The position numbers were made by a program, and so were the translations under genes. This document shows positions 48,572 through 60,698 of a DNA stretch of 64,000 bases, piece by piece (positions within the stretch are counted from its first letter, which is position 1; every line of letters begins with the position of its first letter). The stretch spans positions 1,054,001-1,118,000 of the forward strand of contig MU008159.1 of the NCBI GenBank assembly GCA_010909165.1. The letters are read 5' to 3'. The stretch comes from Anthoceros angustus (Eukaryota > Plantae > Anthocerotophyta). The notes under the pieces are model-generated. The model worked only from the letters and a program-made list of their open reading frames with translations. It searched no databases and was not told where the DNA came from.

Positions 48572-50793
48572 TGTCATGCCGTGTGATACTAATCTCTGCA
48601 CTTGGGTTTAGTGCTTGATTAGCATTAATTAATCTAATTACTTATCTTTAAGTAAGTAATTAGTGTTAATTAATCTAAAGTGCTTATGTTAATTAAGCAT
48701 TGATTAGTGTTAATTAATCTAATGTGCTTATGTTAAGCATTGATTAGTGTTAATTAAACATGGTTAGCAATAGCTAAGTGGATAAGCTCAAGTAATATGC
48801 TTTGGCATATTCCTTGCATATTATAGTGTATTCTTAGGATACAATAGCTAAGTGGATAAGCTCAAGTAATATGCTTTGGCATATTCCTTGCATATTATAG
48901 TGTATTCTTAGGATATTTCTGGCATATGCTGATGCCAATAGGATATCTTAGGAATATGCCGATGCCAGGTCTAGTATATATAGACCCTTCCATTGAGGAC
49001 AAGCTCAGATCATAGCTTGTCCTCTAGATATGCAATGCAAGGCGTTGTGAGGAGGCCAAAGCTATGACTCCGAGAGCGATGTGTGAGGAATTTGCGTGTT
49101 GTTCTCGTGGGGAGAGTGTGTTTGTGCCACGACGTGCGAGCTACTCCCTCCTGTTGTTACAAGCTATGATCTCGTGTGTGTACACTAGATAGGCCGTACT
49201 AGGCTTAGTGTGATGCTAGGCGATGCTAGGCGATGCTAGGCGATGCTAGGCCGTGCTAGGCGAGGCGACGCTCGCTCTTTAAGCAAGGAGGCAAGAAGCC
49301 CAAGGCCAAGAGGAGGCCAAGGAGGAGGCAAGAAGCCCAAGTCCAAGGCCAAGGAGAGGAGGCGAGGCGAAGCCCAAGGAGGAGGCCAAGGAGGAGGCGA
49401 AGCCCAAGGCCAAGAGGAGGAGAAGCCCAAGTCCAAGGCCAAGGAGGAGGAGGAAGCCCAAGCCCAAGGCCAGGAGGAGAAGCCCAAGTCCAAGGCCAAG
49501 GAGGGAGGAAGCCCAAGTCCAAGGCCAAGAGGAGGAGGCTAAGAAGCCCAAGTCCAAGGCCAAGGAGAGAGGAGGCTAAGAAGCCCATACCAAGGAGAGG
49601 AATGAGGCCTCCACAAGGGGGGCTGGCCTTTTAAGGCCAACCAACCAAGGGAGAAACAAGAGTATTTTACTCTTGGGCCCCGGATTCCAAGGGATAAGGG
49701 AGAAGAGGATAGACATGGGTATGTCATCAGTCCATTTGATTTCACTTTCTGTCCAAAACTCCTAATCAGCCGGCACCCCATCCAGGTGCTTAACTTTGGA
49801 GTTCCTATGCCTTTGCCACCAACTCACCCAGCTCACATTTTTTGACCATAGCATAGCCTGCAGAGTATTTGTATGCAATTTTAACATGCATAGATACTTA
49901 GAGGTTTCACTAATCACGATCTAAGATAGCGGAGTGTGTTAACCTTGATTAAGGGTTTGATCTAGCCACTAACCGCCTGGAGTGCATGCCTGGACACACT
50001 CGATCCGGACGGAGCTACCAACCAAAGAAGTCCATCGAGGCGAATTCAAGTCCCGACCCAGAGGAAGAAGTGCGAACACCTCGATTTTGGTACCACCGTA
50101 GGACGCGGAGGAACCCAGCGACACAATCAACAATCCTTGAAGGTTCTGTGAGTGGCAACACACAAGACACGTTAGTGCTGCCGGGACAACTCAGCGGAAG
50201 CGACATCGAGGAGGACTTGTCTCTTGGAGTCGTCAAGATGGGAGGAGACAAGGATCGAATGGAGTTGTTCACAGGACGAGCGGGCACCTTGCCACTGGAG
50301 GACTTCATCGAGAAGTACGGTGCGGTGTGTGCGGAGATGGAATTGAAGGCCGGATACAGCGATACGGCTTCATCCAAATGCCGAAGTACTTGGGGGATGA
50401 AGCATTGGCGTGCTATCACGAGCACAAGGCGAGGCTGTTGAGCGGCACAGCTGGAGGACCAGTGAGTAGCAATTCGAGCTCCGTAGGAACCAGTGCAGAC
50501 GGAGCAGTGTCACCGATGTGAGGAGGCCAAAGCTATGACTCCGAGAGCGATGTGTGAGGAATTTGCGTGTTGTTCTCGTGGGGAGAGTGTGTTTGTGCCA
50601 CGACGTGCGAGCTACTCCCTCCTGTTGTTCGAATATTGGTTTGCACCTATATACCTGCGTGTTAGATTTGTTTGCTTGGTTGTTGGTCGAGGAAGTGCTT
50701 ATATGAATTCAAGTGCTTACCTCGTGCGACACACGCCCTGGTTGAGGCCGGACCCTAGTTCCCGTGGCGAGGTTAGAAGGTTGTAAGGGGTAC
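48572..50793 (+). mobile_element. Rearranged LTR-retrotransposon remnant with LTR-like ends, a purine-rich minisatellite and a gag-like 5' fragment
   Basis: TG start; ~49047-49158 repeated at ~50518-50629; ORF 49986-50441 MPGHTRSG...MELFTGRAGTLPLEDFIEKY resembles a Ty3/gypsy Gag N-terminus; no TSD found. Confidence 0.6.
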
Positions 50794-50794
50794 A

Positions 50795-50956
50795 CACTAC
50801 CTCCTGTCAAATCAACTCCACGCCACGCCACACAAGAAAGAGGCACACAAGACCTCATGTCAAATCAACTCCACGCCATGCCACACAAGAAAGAGGCACA
50901 CACTACCTCCTGTCAAATCAATTCCACGCCATGCCACACAAGAAAGAGGCACACAC
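50795..50956 (+). repeat. ~55-bp x3 tandem repeat
   Basis: acctcctgtcaaatcaactccacgccatgccacacaagaaagaggcacaca units. Confidence 0.85.
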
Positions 50957-51502
50957 AATATTGACAGCTTCTCAAGACACTTACACACAATACATAGGCC
51001 AGCAATTCTCCATGAGCCCAAACATAGCCCATATATCTTCCTTCTGCAACAATTCCTAAGCTTCTCAATTAAGTTCCCTTGCATGATGTGACACACATAC
51101 TATTTGTACTTACTTGCTTAGGTGTATGTGGCATGTAATAATACAAGTTAGGACATCACAATCAACGATCTTCAATACCGAAAAGAGGTCCCGGGCAATT
51201 GCTTATACACACATCACTGTTTGACATGGATGCATCTAGTAAAGGCAGCAAGTGCTTATACACATATTACTATTTCACATTGATGCATCTAGTAAAGGCA
51301 CAGTGGGTCACATAAGAAACAAGGACAACTGCTAGGCTCTAATGTTCAGAGAGCCAAGAGTAGGACTCACACCAAGGAAAAGTCAAAAATAATGATTGAA
51401 TAAAAAAATGTGTTTAAGTTGTCTTTAAATTCTTTATCCAAGTGCCTCTAAATTTATGCATCCTTAACCCTAGATTAAGCGAATATTGATTATACTTGTA
51501 TC

Positions 51503-52434
51503 GGATGATTTATTGAGGTGAAAGAACGATGGAAAGAGACCATCTAGGAGGGGACAACAAATGGGGACCCGGGGGTCGGAGTGAAGAGGAGCAACTGAGC
51601 TCCCTACCTAAAGTGACCAACTGCACCCACAATGTCATATGCAGGTAGAATAAACGGCCTGCAAACCACGGAGGAAGAGGAAAAGGCATCACCCACCGTC
51701 GCCGCCTTATGGAGAATCGCCGTTGAGAGCGCCCGTTGAAGAGCAATAGAAACCCGCTGTCGGAAGTATGCTGTGAAGTACGAGAGGGACAGCCCTGCAC
51801 TATGCCTGCGCGCATGGTAAGCTTTGGCACAAGACTTGACGAATTTGTCAAAGTCCTCAGCCATTGCCCCATACGTTTCTAGAGCAAGCGGGATAAAGAG
51901 GTGGCCCGCTTGCATCCTGCTATACTTGCGGACCTTGAGAGCCGCTGCACGGGCAGCAGCCCAGCCTGGACGGTTGGTGATGACCTGGGCGGAGGTGGCG
52001 TCACGTGCAGGGTCAGTAACCACTACATCCGCCACCACAACCTGGTCGCCACGGACAAGGTATAGGTCCGCCCTGATTGAACGACTTGTAAGAAGAGTAT
52101 ACTCCCGCTCCCTCCAGGCCATATAGCCACTTTCGCGAGCAATGGCAAACATGACGTCACGGATGGCGTCGTGAGTGGCAATGCGATGACCCCCGTGGGG
52201 ACAACGAGCAAGATGGACACCAGAGACGTCAAGGGCAGAGCCGCACTCACAAGTGAGGAGCGAAGAAGCCACAGGCTGGAGTAGGCTGAGACCGAATCGC
52301 ATCGCAGTAGTGAAGGTGGTTGGTGCGATGTGAAATCCCCGTATGCATGGGCGGGCCAGTAGCCAAGCACCTGCTCCCTTCCCAGAACAAGAGCGGAGCC
52401 GCGCTCTAGTGGACCTGGAGATGGAGGGGTCCTG
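51503..52434 (-). mobile_element. 5'-truncated CRE-like non-LTR retrotransposon (CCHC knuckle plus restriction-like endonuclease) with a 15-bp TSD
   Basis: AGAWL..P, CEC...H..RC, THDAIRD, RADL...DV, K.RKY, FIPLALETYG, QRVSIALQR; GATTATACTTGTATC at both 51488-51502 and 52435-52449. Confidence 0.88.
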
Positions 52435-52694
52435 GATTATACTTGTATCATGCATACTTGTATCTAACAACCAATAACATGTTTATCAAGTCACCACAGG
52501 AGTGAGCCAAGCACTTAGTCACATGTACAAATAGGGGATATGTTAGAAGCTACAGTACAAAGGACAGGACAAGGTACACGATGACTAAATTAAGAAGCGT
52601 CGATGCCTCGTCTCATATTCTATCTTATTATACACAGAGCAGCACGATTTTTCGAGATACAGTTGGTTGGAACAAGCCCAAAGAGCATAATTCC

Positions 52695-52935
52695 TATGGT
52701 CTTCTCGTTCCCTATTAGTTCCTATCGTCTTCCCGTTCCCTATCTTCTGCCTAGTGAAGTCTATGGCACACTTCTCGGGATGTTGTCCTCTATTAATTCC
52801 TATCGTCTTCTCATTCCCTATCTGCCTAGTGAAGTCTATGGCACACTTCTCGGGATGTTGTCCTCTATTAATTCCTATCGTCTTCTCATTCCCTATCTTC
52901 TGGCTATTGAAGTTTGTAGCACACATCTCGAGATG
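52695..52935 (+). repeat. ~70-bp x3 degenerate tandem repeat
   Basis: attaattcctatcgtcttctcattccctatc...gaagtctatggcacacttctcgggatgttgtcct units. Confidence 0.8.
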
Positions 52936-53816
52936 TTCTCTAGCCCATAAGCTTTGATGGATCATCTTAATAGGATTTTCTTCTTTCCCTTAACAATACC
53001 GTCCTAGTGTTGATCTATTAAAAAAAATGAAATAAATTTGACTTTGAATAGCAATCCACCCTAATTTTGAATTGAAATACTAAACATGAACACATCCTCA
53101 TCCTAGCAATAATCCAAGCTGGCGGGACTTAACTAACTGTGGAGTTCTTATCGTTTGCTAAGTCCTCCGCCCAGCACGGCAAGAGTATTTCGACGTTCCG
53201 GAAGTGTTTACAGGATTACAGTAAACGATATTCAGAATAAAATGTATCAAATGCAAGCCGTGACACGAACCAGTAAGTGAACGACTGATAGGAATTGTTC
53301 TTTCACCAACTTCCACGCAGCAGTATGCGTCATTTATGCTCAGGGCGAGGAATGAATGGCTACTGCTTTGGAATTGGAAGAGACCTTTTCTGGAAAAACG
53401 TGTTGTTTGTCAATAATTGCTGTCCTGCAGGACGGACAGCGGGAGGGATGGGAACTTGGGAAGGAGGGTTTCTCTCACAAAGCGTGAGACTCACCACCCT
53501 GTCCACTACATCGCTCCTTCCAATTTTGCTTGGGAGCGAATTTGCTCGCTCTGGACCCGCTACTCTGCAACAATCTATCTACAAGTTACCTTCGGCTCCA
53601 TGAACGAGGCTTTGCTGTGTTCTTTGAAAATTGGGTTTCTACTACAAGTGCCGGTGCCTTATTTTGGGTGCTTCGCTTGTTCTACCAGGTTCAGGAGACG
53701 AAGAAGTGAAGGGCGAAAGACAAACAGTGGAGCAGTAGCAGCACCAAATAGGAAGTGATTCTGAAGGAGGCGGGAATCTGGAGGAGAAGGTGGACCTAGA
53801 GAATTTGAAGCAGAGG

Positions 53817-54395
53817 ATGGACTCGTTGACAGCATCGCTGCAGCAAACAAGGATGGCAGCAGTGCATATGCACGGGGGAGATACGCAACGGTACTATCAG
53901 CTGGATCAGCAGCTGAAGGAGGGAAGGATGGATCAGCAGCTGAAGGAGGGAAGGAAGGAGCTGCTGAATGGTGGCCCGAGCATGGAGGAGTTGAAGGAGA
54001 GAATGGCGATCCTAGAAAATGAACTTGAGAGGGCCAGAGAAACGCTGAAGATCCAGTTTAGGGATGTGGAAGCTGCGTTTCAACCGTGCTTCCTATGCAA
54101 GCAAGGCAAGCATCTTGTGAAACTTTGCCCGCTTCAAACCAGACATACCTTCCTACATGTAGGATGTGACGAAGATGAAGATTGTGAAGATGACGGGGAA
54201 CGGGACTGGGAGTCGGAAGGGGAAGAAGAGGAAGGGGAAGAGGAGGAAGGGGAGGAGGAGGGAGAAGAGGAGGAGGAGGAAGAGGAGGAGGAAGATCAGC
54301 AGGGAGCGCAAGAGAATCATCAAGAAGGCCAGCATGTGGAAGTAAATGAACCCGAGGCTTACACCTATTTCTACAACCTTGAGAGAAGAATCTGA
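53817..54395 (+). CDS. Coiled-coil, CCHC zinc-knuckle and acidic-tail ORF (Gag-like or orphan; possibly a pseudogene)
   Basis: CFLCKQGKHLVKLC = C-X2-C-X4-H-X4-C; heptad-rich region; poly-Glu tract; the upstream in-frame sequence contains a TAG. Confidence 0.45.
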   Translation: MDSLTASLQQTRMAAVHMHGGDTQRYYQLDQQLKEGRMDQQLKEGRKELLNGGPSMEELKERMAILENELERARETLKIQFRDVEAAFQPCFLCKQGKHLVKLCPLQTRHTFLHVGCDEDEDCEDDGERDWESEGEEEEGEEEEGEEEGEEEEEEEEEEDQQGAQENHQEGQHVEVNEPEAYTYFYNLERRI

Positions 54396-56185
54396 GCAAC
54401 CATCCTTCCTTACAAGTGCGTGCGAGGGAAATTGACGAAGCGTATGCTTCAACAGGTATATAGACGATGACATGCATCGCAAATAATCAGGACTCCAGAC
54501 GCCGATTCCCAACTTTGCCTGGTGAAATAAACTGCAAGATGCTGATCAGAAGGTAGGCATGCTGCCGACCTGGCGGTCTGAAGAATTGGTGCTTTCTAGA
54601 TACATTACTCTGGATTCCATCGAGTCATCTGCAGGCAGTTTGATCTGCCCAGGAATTCCAGGTATGCAGGACTTTGCTCTTGCAGCAACTATTTATGAAC
54701 CTGTCGCGTAGGATTTGCAGAACTTAAAGAAGCTCTTATAACAAAAGTGCTGCGCAATTGCAATATGAGCTGGTGTTTGCTGCTGTGAAGTTTTCCGTGT
54801 GTGTGTCGCGTTGATGCTTGACGGAATTCCGAAGTAGATCACGTTTTTGCACTGGCGTCTGGAGAGCAAGGAAAACGAGGCGAGGCCAGACTTGGTTCTT
54901 CGGATCCACAGATAGCAGCTACCCTCCCGACTCCAGTCCTTCCAGTCAACGGCGCTCCCATCTATTCTGGGTACCTTTTATTGCGCAGAAAATTTCCGAT
55001 GTTCTTATTGCTAGTAATTATCGGATTCGTGCTTTCCCGGCCATTAATTGCCTGGCAGTTGTTTGAGAAAAGATTCAGCTCCCGTCTCCAAGGATGCATC
55101 GGTCCCAACGCTCTGACTCACTGGAATGCGTTTGTGCGTAGAGTACTTGAATTTAACGGATGTGATGGATACGCCCACTGCTCCACCAGGATTCATGTCC
55201 CGTCCAACTAGGAATCCTAGTTGTTCATCAGTATGCATCTCAATGGGCACCATCTTCTCTGCAATTCCGGTGAGTCGTTGCCGAGATCTGGATTCAGACC
55301 TCAGTAGTCCTCAGATTTGAAATATATTTTAGCTTCTAGTACGTAGCAATTCATTTGTCAACTTGAAACTGGGAGTCCGGCCACGACATCAGCGCTGTTA
55401 GAGCCAGCGTGACCAGCACTTAAGGACCAGGTAAGGTCTCAGGACTGGAGAAAACTGGTCACTGTAAGACCCACCAAATTGGCTGTCGTCCAGTTAGTTG
55501 GATGTTCAGAAGTACAAGTCTCAAAGCTGCAGCCACCACACCTTTCCGTGAGTTGATAGGTCATCGAATATCTGTCACGGCCACTGTATGCAATGTGTGT
55601 ATGCTATAGCTTTCATGAATTTCAAAGCTAAATGTCATCTGGGACTCTAGTCTGCCCATGCTGAAATTGACAAAAGAAAGGCTTGCAACGTACTTCCGGT
55701 AGCCCCGTCGTGCCGTCGAGTTCTTCCAGCAGGGGACTTGGTTCGGAGAGACGTGGTCGGCTGCAGAATTAAAGAAAACCCTATATATAGCAAGGCTCAA
55801 AGCAAGAAAAACGCAGGAACTCCAGGAAGCGCTGTCACTTGTGAAATGCATTTTTGTGATTAGATCGTATTCAAAGCTTTGTGTTGAGCTTGTTGCTTGA
55901 ACACGTCACTGAAAGAAACAATGCCAGCAGGATTGGGTCTGCTTGACTTCTTCAAATGGTGACTGACCACCCGCGTACACCAGTTTCTGTTCGCGCGATG
56001 ACACACTCCTTGAGCACAACTGTGACTGGAGTTCATTACAGTATGTATGTAGCTTGTGGTTGTAAAGGACGCTTGAAGAGTAATAGCATGTGTGTACCCA
56101 CTGTTTGAGACACAGATGACGCTGCACATCCAGAGTATTTCTTGAATCCGTCCAAATCTACTGCAGTGGTTGCACGAAAACAAAT

Positions 56186-58943
56186 CTACAGCAGTGGAAT
56201 CGCCGACTTGTTCATCATCTCGGACACTTCCAAAACAGCATTCTGTAGTACTGTGATACTTTTGTTCAGGCGTTGCCGCTTCTGACTCAAGGCTGGATCC
56301 TCTGCCATGATGTTGGCCATGTTGAAATTCAGTTGCGACGCTTGCCGCATCAGGTCTGAGTCCACGTCCTCGAGCATCGCCTTCTGCAGGGAGTACTTGA
56401 TCTCCTGCGGAATGAAATCAGCAATTCTCTTCTTCACAACACTCCAGTAGGAAGTTAAGTTCACCTTCATGTACCATGCTGCCTGCAAGATATAGCCCAA
56501 TGTCTGACATTCAGGCCAATGCCCACTGTGCTCGGCATTGAGATGAAATTCTAACGGGACTTTGCAAGTCGTCAGAGATCATTTCAACAGCAAATTACCT
56601 CGAGCTCGTTGTAGTTGCCGACAGGCTGCAAGCAGCGGGATGGGTCGAGTACTCCGTTCGCAGCACTTCCCACTTTCTTCCACTGGAGCTGCGAAGAAAG
56701 AGGGAAGCCCTCCTGTCCAGAAGATACTTTCACGTCCTTGCTGATTTTGGGGACATCAGGGTCTGCGTCCCCCGTAGCTTTGGCATGTTTCTCCTTGTGA
56801 AGCCGAAGCACTTCCTCCATGTACGAGGAGTTGCTGGTGAACAAAATGGATTTCTCCTTGTCCAACACGCGTTCGACAAATGCGAGGCATTTATCTTGAC
56901 TCTTGTGGATAACATTCCGAGTTGCACATTTGCAGGCCGATTTGAGCTTTGGGTATCCATCTATGGACCCGTCAATCACCTGTGTTGCCGCGGACCACAG
57001 AGTTAGAACCATATGCCTACGCAAATTGCTTTCTTTGCTTCGCATCTCGGATAATTCGAAGGAAACGAAAGCTTGCCTCCAAGTGTGTATCCTCGGCATA
57101 TTTGTGGGCATCCATGACAAGCTTGGAGCAAGCAAACTCAATTCGTTTGATTTGCTTGCAAACAAGATGCCGGAAGACGGAATGCGGCAGGAAATTCACT
57201 AGGCCTACACCTTTGGCCTCCGCCATCATGATTATCACATCTGACGTCTCCACAGTACTCATCAAGTCGGAGCCCTCATGAGATAACGAATCGGCGAACT
57301 CTGCCACACGCATGTCTTCAGTAAGCAGATCCGAAACTTTCAAGCAATCAGATGCGAGCCCTACGCTCATACAATGCAACTTGTGCGAGACCTGATCCCT
57401 GCACACATTTGGCAGCCTTACTAGAAAACATTTCCTCAAGCCGAGCTGTGTAGTGCATTGCTCGCTGTTCTCCGAAGCCTTGAAAGTCTCCTTGAACGAT
57501 CAGGTTTTCCATGATCTTTGTCTTCTTGGTGACAAATTTGAAGAAGAGCATGGCAGCCTGAGCCGGATCGTCCAGCCCGCGTGGCAGCTCTACTACTTGT
57601 TTCTGCTTGCTGAGAAGCTCTGTGACGTCAACAAATGTTCAAGCTCAACATTCTGAGGATTGGAGCGTAGAAAGATACAGCAGTGGTTAACCTCACTCAC
57701 ATACACATACAAGTTGAAGTAGACATGCTACCCTTACCTTGTTCAAGCTGATTTGCGATCTTAGGAAGACAACGTCTTATACTTTCAGCTTGAATGTGTG
57801 TGAGACGCTCTGCGAGCGCTGGAACTCCTACTATGCTTTTGTCCAGCTTGGACAGGAGAGGGTGGGACTGGAACAATCGTTCTTCCGTTTCCCGAGCCTG
57901 CTCGTGGCTCTCTGTTGCCGAAACTCGGTTCCTGACACATATGTAACCAAGCCCAATGCTCACGGCATCTGTGGTCACCTTCTCGTGAAGGCCTTCTGGA
58001 CATTTGTCCACCTGCAAACGTCAATCTGCCTCATGAGGGATTTCAGGGGTCCAAACCATAAACGGGGCCGTAATTTTAGCCTTCAAGATTCTCACCTTCG
58101 TCACAACAGCTAGAGTTCGTTCTCCTTTCTTGTCAGCTTGCTGTGACATCCGAATGGATTCGCAAGTGGGGAAGTCGACAGTTGCCGACAGAACATTCAG
58201 GATGACAGTCTCCGGAGGAGAAATGTAGTGCCGTATGATCTTTGAAATCTGCTCGTAAATATCCTCGGGCTGCCCGTGCACTGGCACGCGCGTAATCCCT
58301 GGCAAGTCCACCATAGTGAGGTCTGGTGCAGTGCGCTTGTGGATATGGAGAGAAATGGGGGTGTCGGATATCCCCTTCCCCTCTCCAGCAAGGACATTCT
58401 GAGCATGGACCACGGCCTTCTCAATCTCCTCCTCTCGAATCCGCTCCTTGTGATTTTTGTATTCGATAGTGATCGACTCCTGTTCAGAGCTGCGGACACC
58501 CCCAGAGCCAGCGAGCATGTCAATTCCTTTCAGGGTCTTAATAACACAGGTGTGGTGAAGTTCTGCCGACCTTACCTTGTGTGCAGCCGAAGAATCAAGG
58601 GCACCCGGGTGGCAATGCCTTGTCCTCTGGGCAAACTGATGCCCGCCAAGGACTCAAGCACGCTGGTCTTCCCGGAAGACTGGTCTCCCACTACAACGAT
58701 GGTAGGCAGGGCAATGCCCTCCTCCTTCACACCAAGATTCCTCAGCTTGTCAACGACATCAAGCATAGGCCTGATGCGTTGTTGAAAGTTGGCCTCAAGT
58801 GCTGTCGGCCCCTTGTCCTCCGCTTGGTAGTAGGTCTCCTCCGATTCCTCTTCCACTCTCTCGGAAGTATCCAGGAACTTGATTCGTGCTTGCATCCTCT
58901 CCACGTAGGAAGGAAACCGCTGGCAGGAAACGGTGGCAGCCAT
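56186..58943 (-). CDS. DRP4: Dynamin-related protein 4 (Mx-like GTPase), 7 exons: 58943-58576, 58489-58096, 58011-57738, 57619-57422, 57300-57077, 56979-56599, 56482-56186
   Basis: [50 protein letters not shown]-like [14 protein letters not shown]; exons join in frame. Confidence 0.92.
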
Positions 58944-59477
58944 GTATACGAGATGCTTGTGCAAGGCTTGCTTCACCACCTTTTTGTAGCGAGAAGCTTG
59001 AAGCGTAACCAGTAGCGTAAAATGTGGCTGGTGGCGTAATCGCCCGAGTTATCCCAGGGCACACAGTACCTCTGACAACAAAATCATCAAACTCTTGTGA
59101 CTCTGTTGCGACCTGATAACACGGTGCGATCCTACTTCCAGAGAGAACGGTCCAGGGCAGTCTCATCCTCATCGAAAAACGTTCATCCCACCGTGATGGG
59201 AGAAAATTACTGCTTCCCCGACGCGTTGATGCCTGCTTTCGTCACAACTGCACACCAAGGTTTTTATTAGACTGGGTGCACCAGGTGGCTGACTCTTTCC
59301 AAGCATCACCAACAGAAGAAGGCCCACTCACCAGTGTATTTCAGCTTCACTACAAGGGGAGTTCATGCTCGTCGACCCTGTCTCGCTGCCCAAGGCAAGT
59401 GCTTAGGGGTCAGAAGGAATGAGTCTTGGTGGTCTCAAAGCAGAGAAAATGGTGGCATCACGTCAAGGCTGCCAGAA

Positions 59478-60698
59478 CTAAGTCTGCAAGGTAAGCTGCT
59501 TCTTCTGGTTCTCCACCCTCTCCAAGTGCTTGGCCAGAAGAAAGCTCTTGGTGGTCTCAAAAGCGAAGAAGCCCATGGCAGAGAAGAGGGCACTGTGCAG
59601 AACCCTGGGAATGAGGCCTTTAAACAATCCCCTCACACCCTCCTCAACCCAAATCCGGTGCATGGTGGCACTCACTCCAGAGTAGGTGTAGGCTGCAATG
59701 GCTTTGGCACGGGCAGCGGCCTCTGCTCTCGTGCCTGACATCCCAGAGGAGGATAGCGAGATGCGGGCCTGGGTCATGAGGCGGGTCTTCACCACATCCA
59801 GCGGGGTTGTGACAGCGGCAGACAGAGCTCCGGCCACAGCTCCAGAGGTCATGCTCTGCCACGGCTCCAGAGCAGACACCTTCCCATCCGCAAGCCACAG
59901 GTTGTACTTGAGGAACTCGAAGGTGGAGAAGCTGATGATGTTGGTGGGCAGGTTCCGGAGCAGAGCTGCAGAGTAGCCGGCATACAGGCCCCCCACTCCC
60001 TCCCTCCGGATGGTCCCCATGAAGACCTCGGCGGCAGATCCCACAGCCTCGGCCTGCATCCTCTGCTTCACAACCTCCTTGGGCACAAGCACGGCGGACG
60101 AGGTGATGTTCCCCACGGCTGCTGCCAGCGGCGGGATGAGATACTGCGGGCAGGCCGCGACGTTGGACAGAATCCCCTTCCCCATCTCATACGTCCCGAA
60201 GTAGATGGAGGAGGAGACGACGGAGCCCAGGAAGGCGGCGCTGACACCCTTGTACAGCCCACCGATCCCCTCGCTCTTGAGCAGCTTCCCGACCACGTCC
60301 AAGGGCCCGGAGTAGATCTGGGAAGCTCCCTTGGTCTGCAGCTTCGTCTTGACGGTGTCAATGGGGTGCAGGGCCACGTTGGTGATCCCCCCGGCTATGC
60401 CTCCTGCCAGGGCTCCGATGCAAGCCCGCTGCTGCAGCGGCACCGCCAATTTGTGCACCGCAAGGCCAGGCGGCTTGTTGGGCGCCGCCCTGCAGGAGGC
60501 ATTCCTCGGATTCCCGTCCCCGGGAAGAGAGAGCGAGGCGAAGGAGATGTTTGCCACCCGCGAGCCCAAATCAAGGGACGCCAAGCCCCAGGTTTCGGAG
60601 CCTGACCCCGCGTTTCCGCGCACATGGAACGGGCACGACTCCTTCTCCAGATACTCGATTCGCGCCTGCGGATCCTGCACCAAGCTTGATGAGGGCAT
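59478..60698 (-). CDS. MFL1: Mitochondrial carrier family protein, MITOFERRINLIKE1-type (plastid), intronless
   Basis: Three carrier motifs (PIDTVKTKLQ, PKEVVKQRMQ, PLDVVKTRLM); TKGASQIYS, LIPPLA..GNI.SSA and EPWQS match MFL1; start codon uncertain. Confidence 0.9.
   Translation of the reverse strand: MPSSSLVQDPQARIEYLEKESCPFHVRGNAGSGSETWGLASLDLGSRVANISFASLSLPGDGNPRNASCRAAPNKPPGLAVHKLAVPLQQRACIGALAGGIAGGITNVALHPIDTVKTKLQTKGASQIYSGPLDVVGKLLKSEGIGGLYKGVSAAFLGSVVSSSIYFGTYEMGKGILSNVAACPQYLIPPLAAAVGNITSSAVLVPKEVVKQRMQAEAVGSAAEVFMGTIRREGVGGLYAGYSAALLRNLPTNIISFSTFEFLKYNLWLADGKVSALEPWQSMTSGAVAGALSAAVTTPLDVVKTRLMTQARISLSSSGMSGTRAEAAARAKAIAAYTYSGVSATMHRIWVEEGVRGLFKGLIPRVLHSALFSAMGFFAFETTKSFLLAKHLERVENQKKQLTLQT

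Noticed and set aside
49236-49588. Lys/Glu/Gly-rich and Leu/Gly-rich ORFs
   Set aside because: Translations of a purine-rich minisatellite inside a TE remnant
54999-55211. FEKRFSSRLQGCIGPN resembles the nad1/ndhA/NuoH N-terminal motif
   Set aside because: The downstream GLLQ..AD..KL motif is not evident in the frames checked; likely chance. A frameshift-aware blastx would settle it
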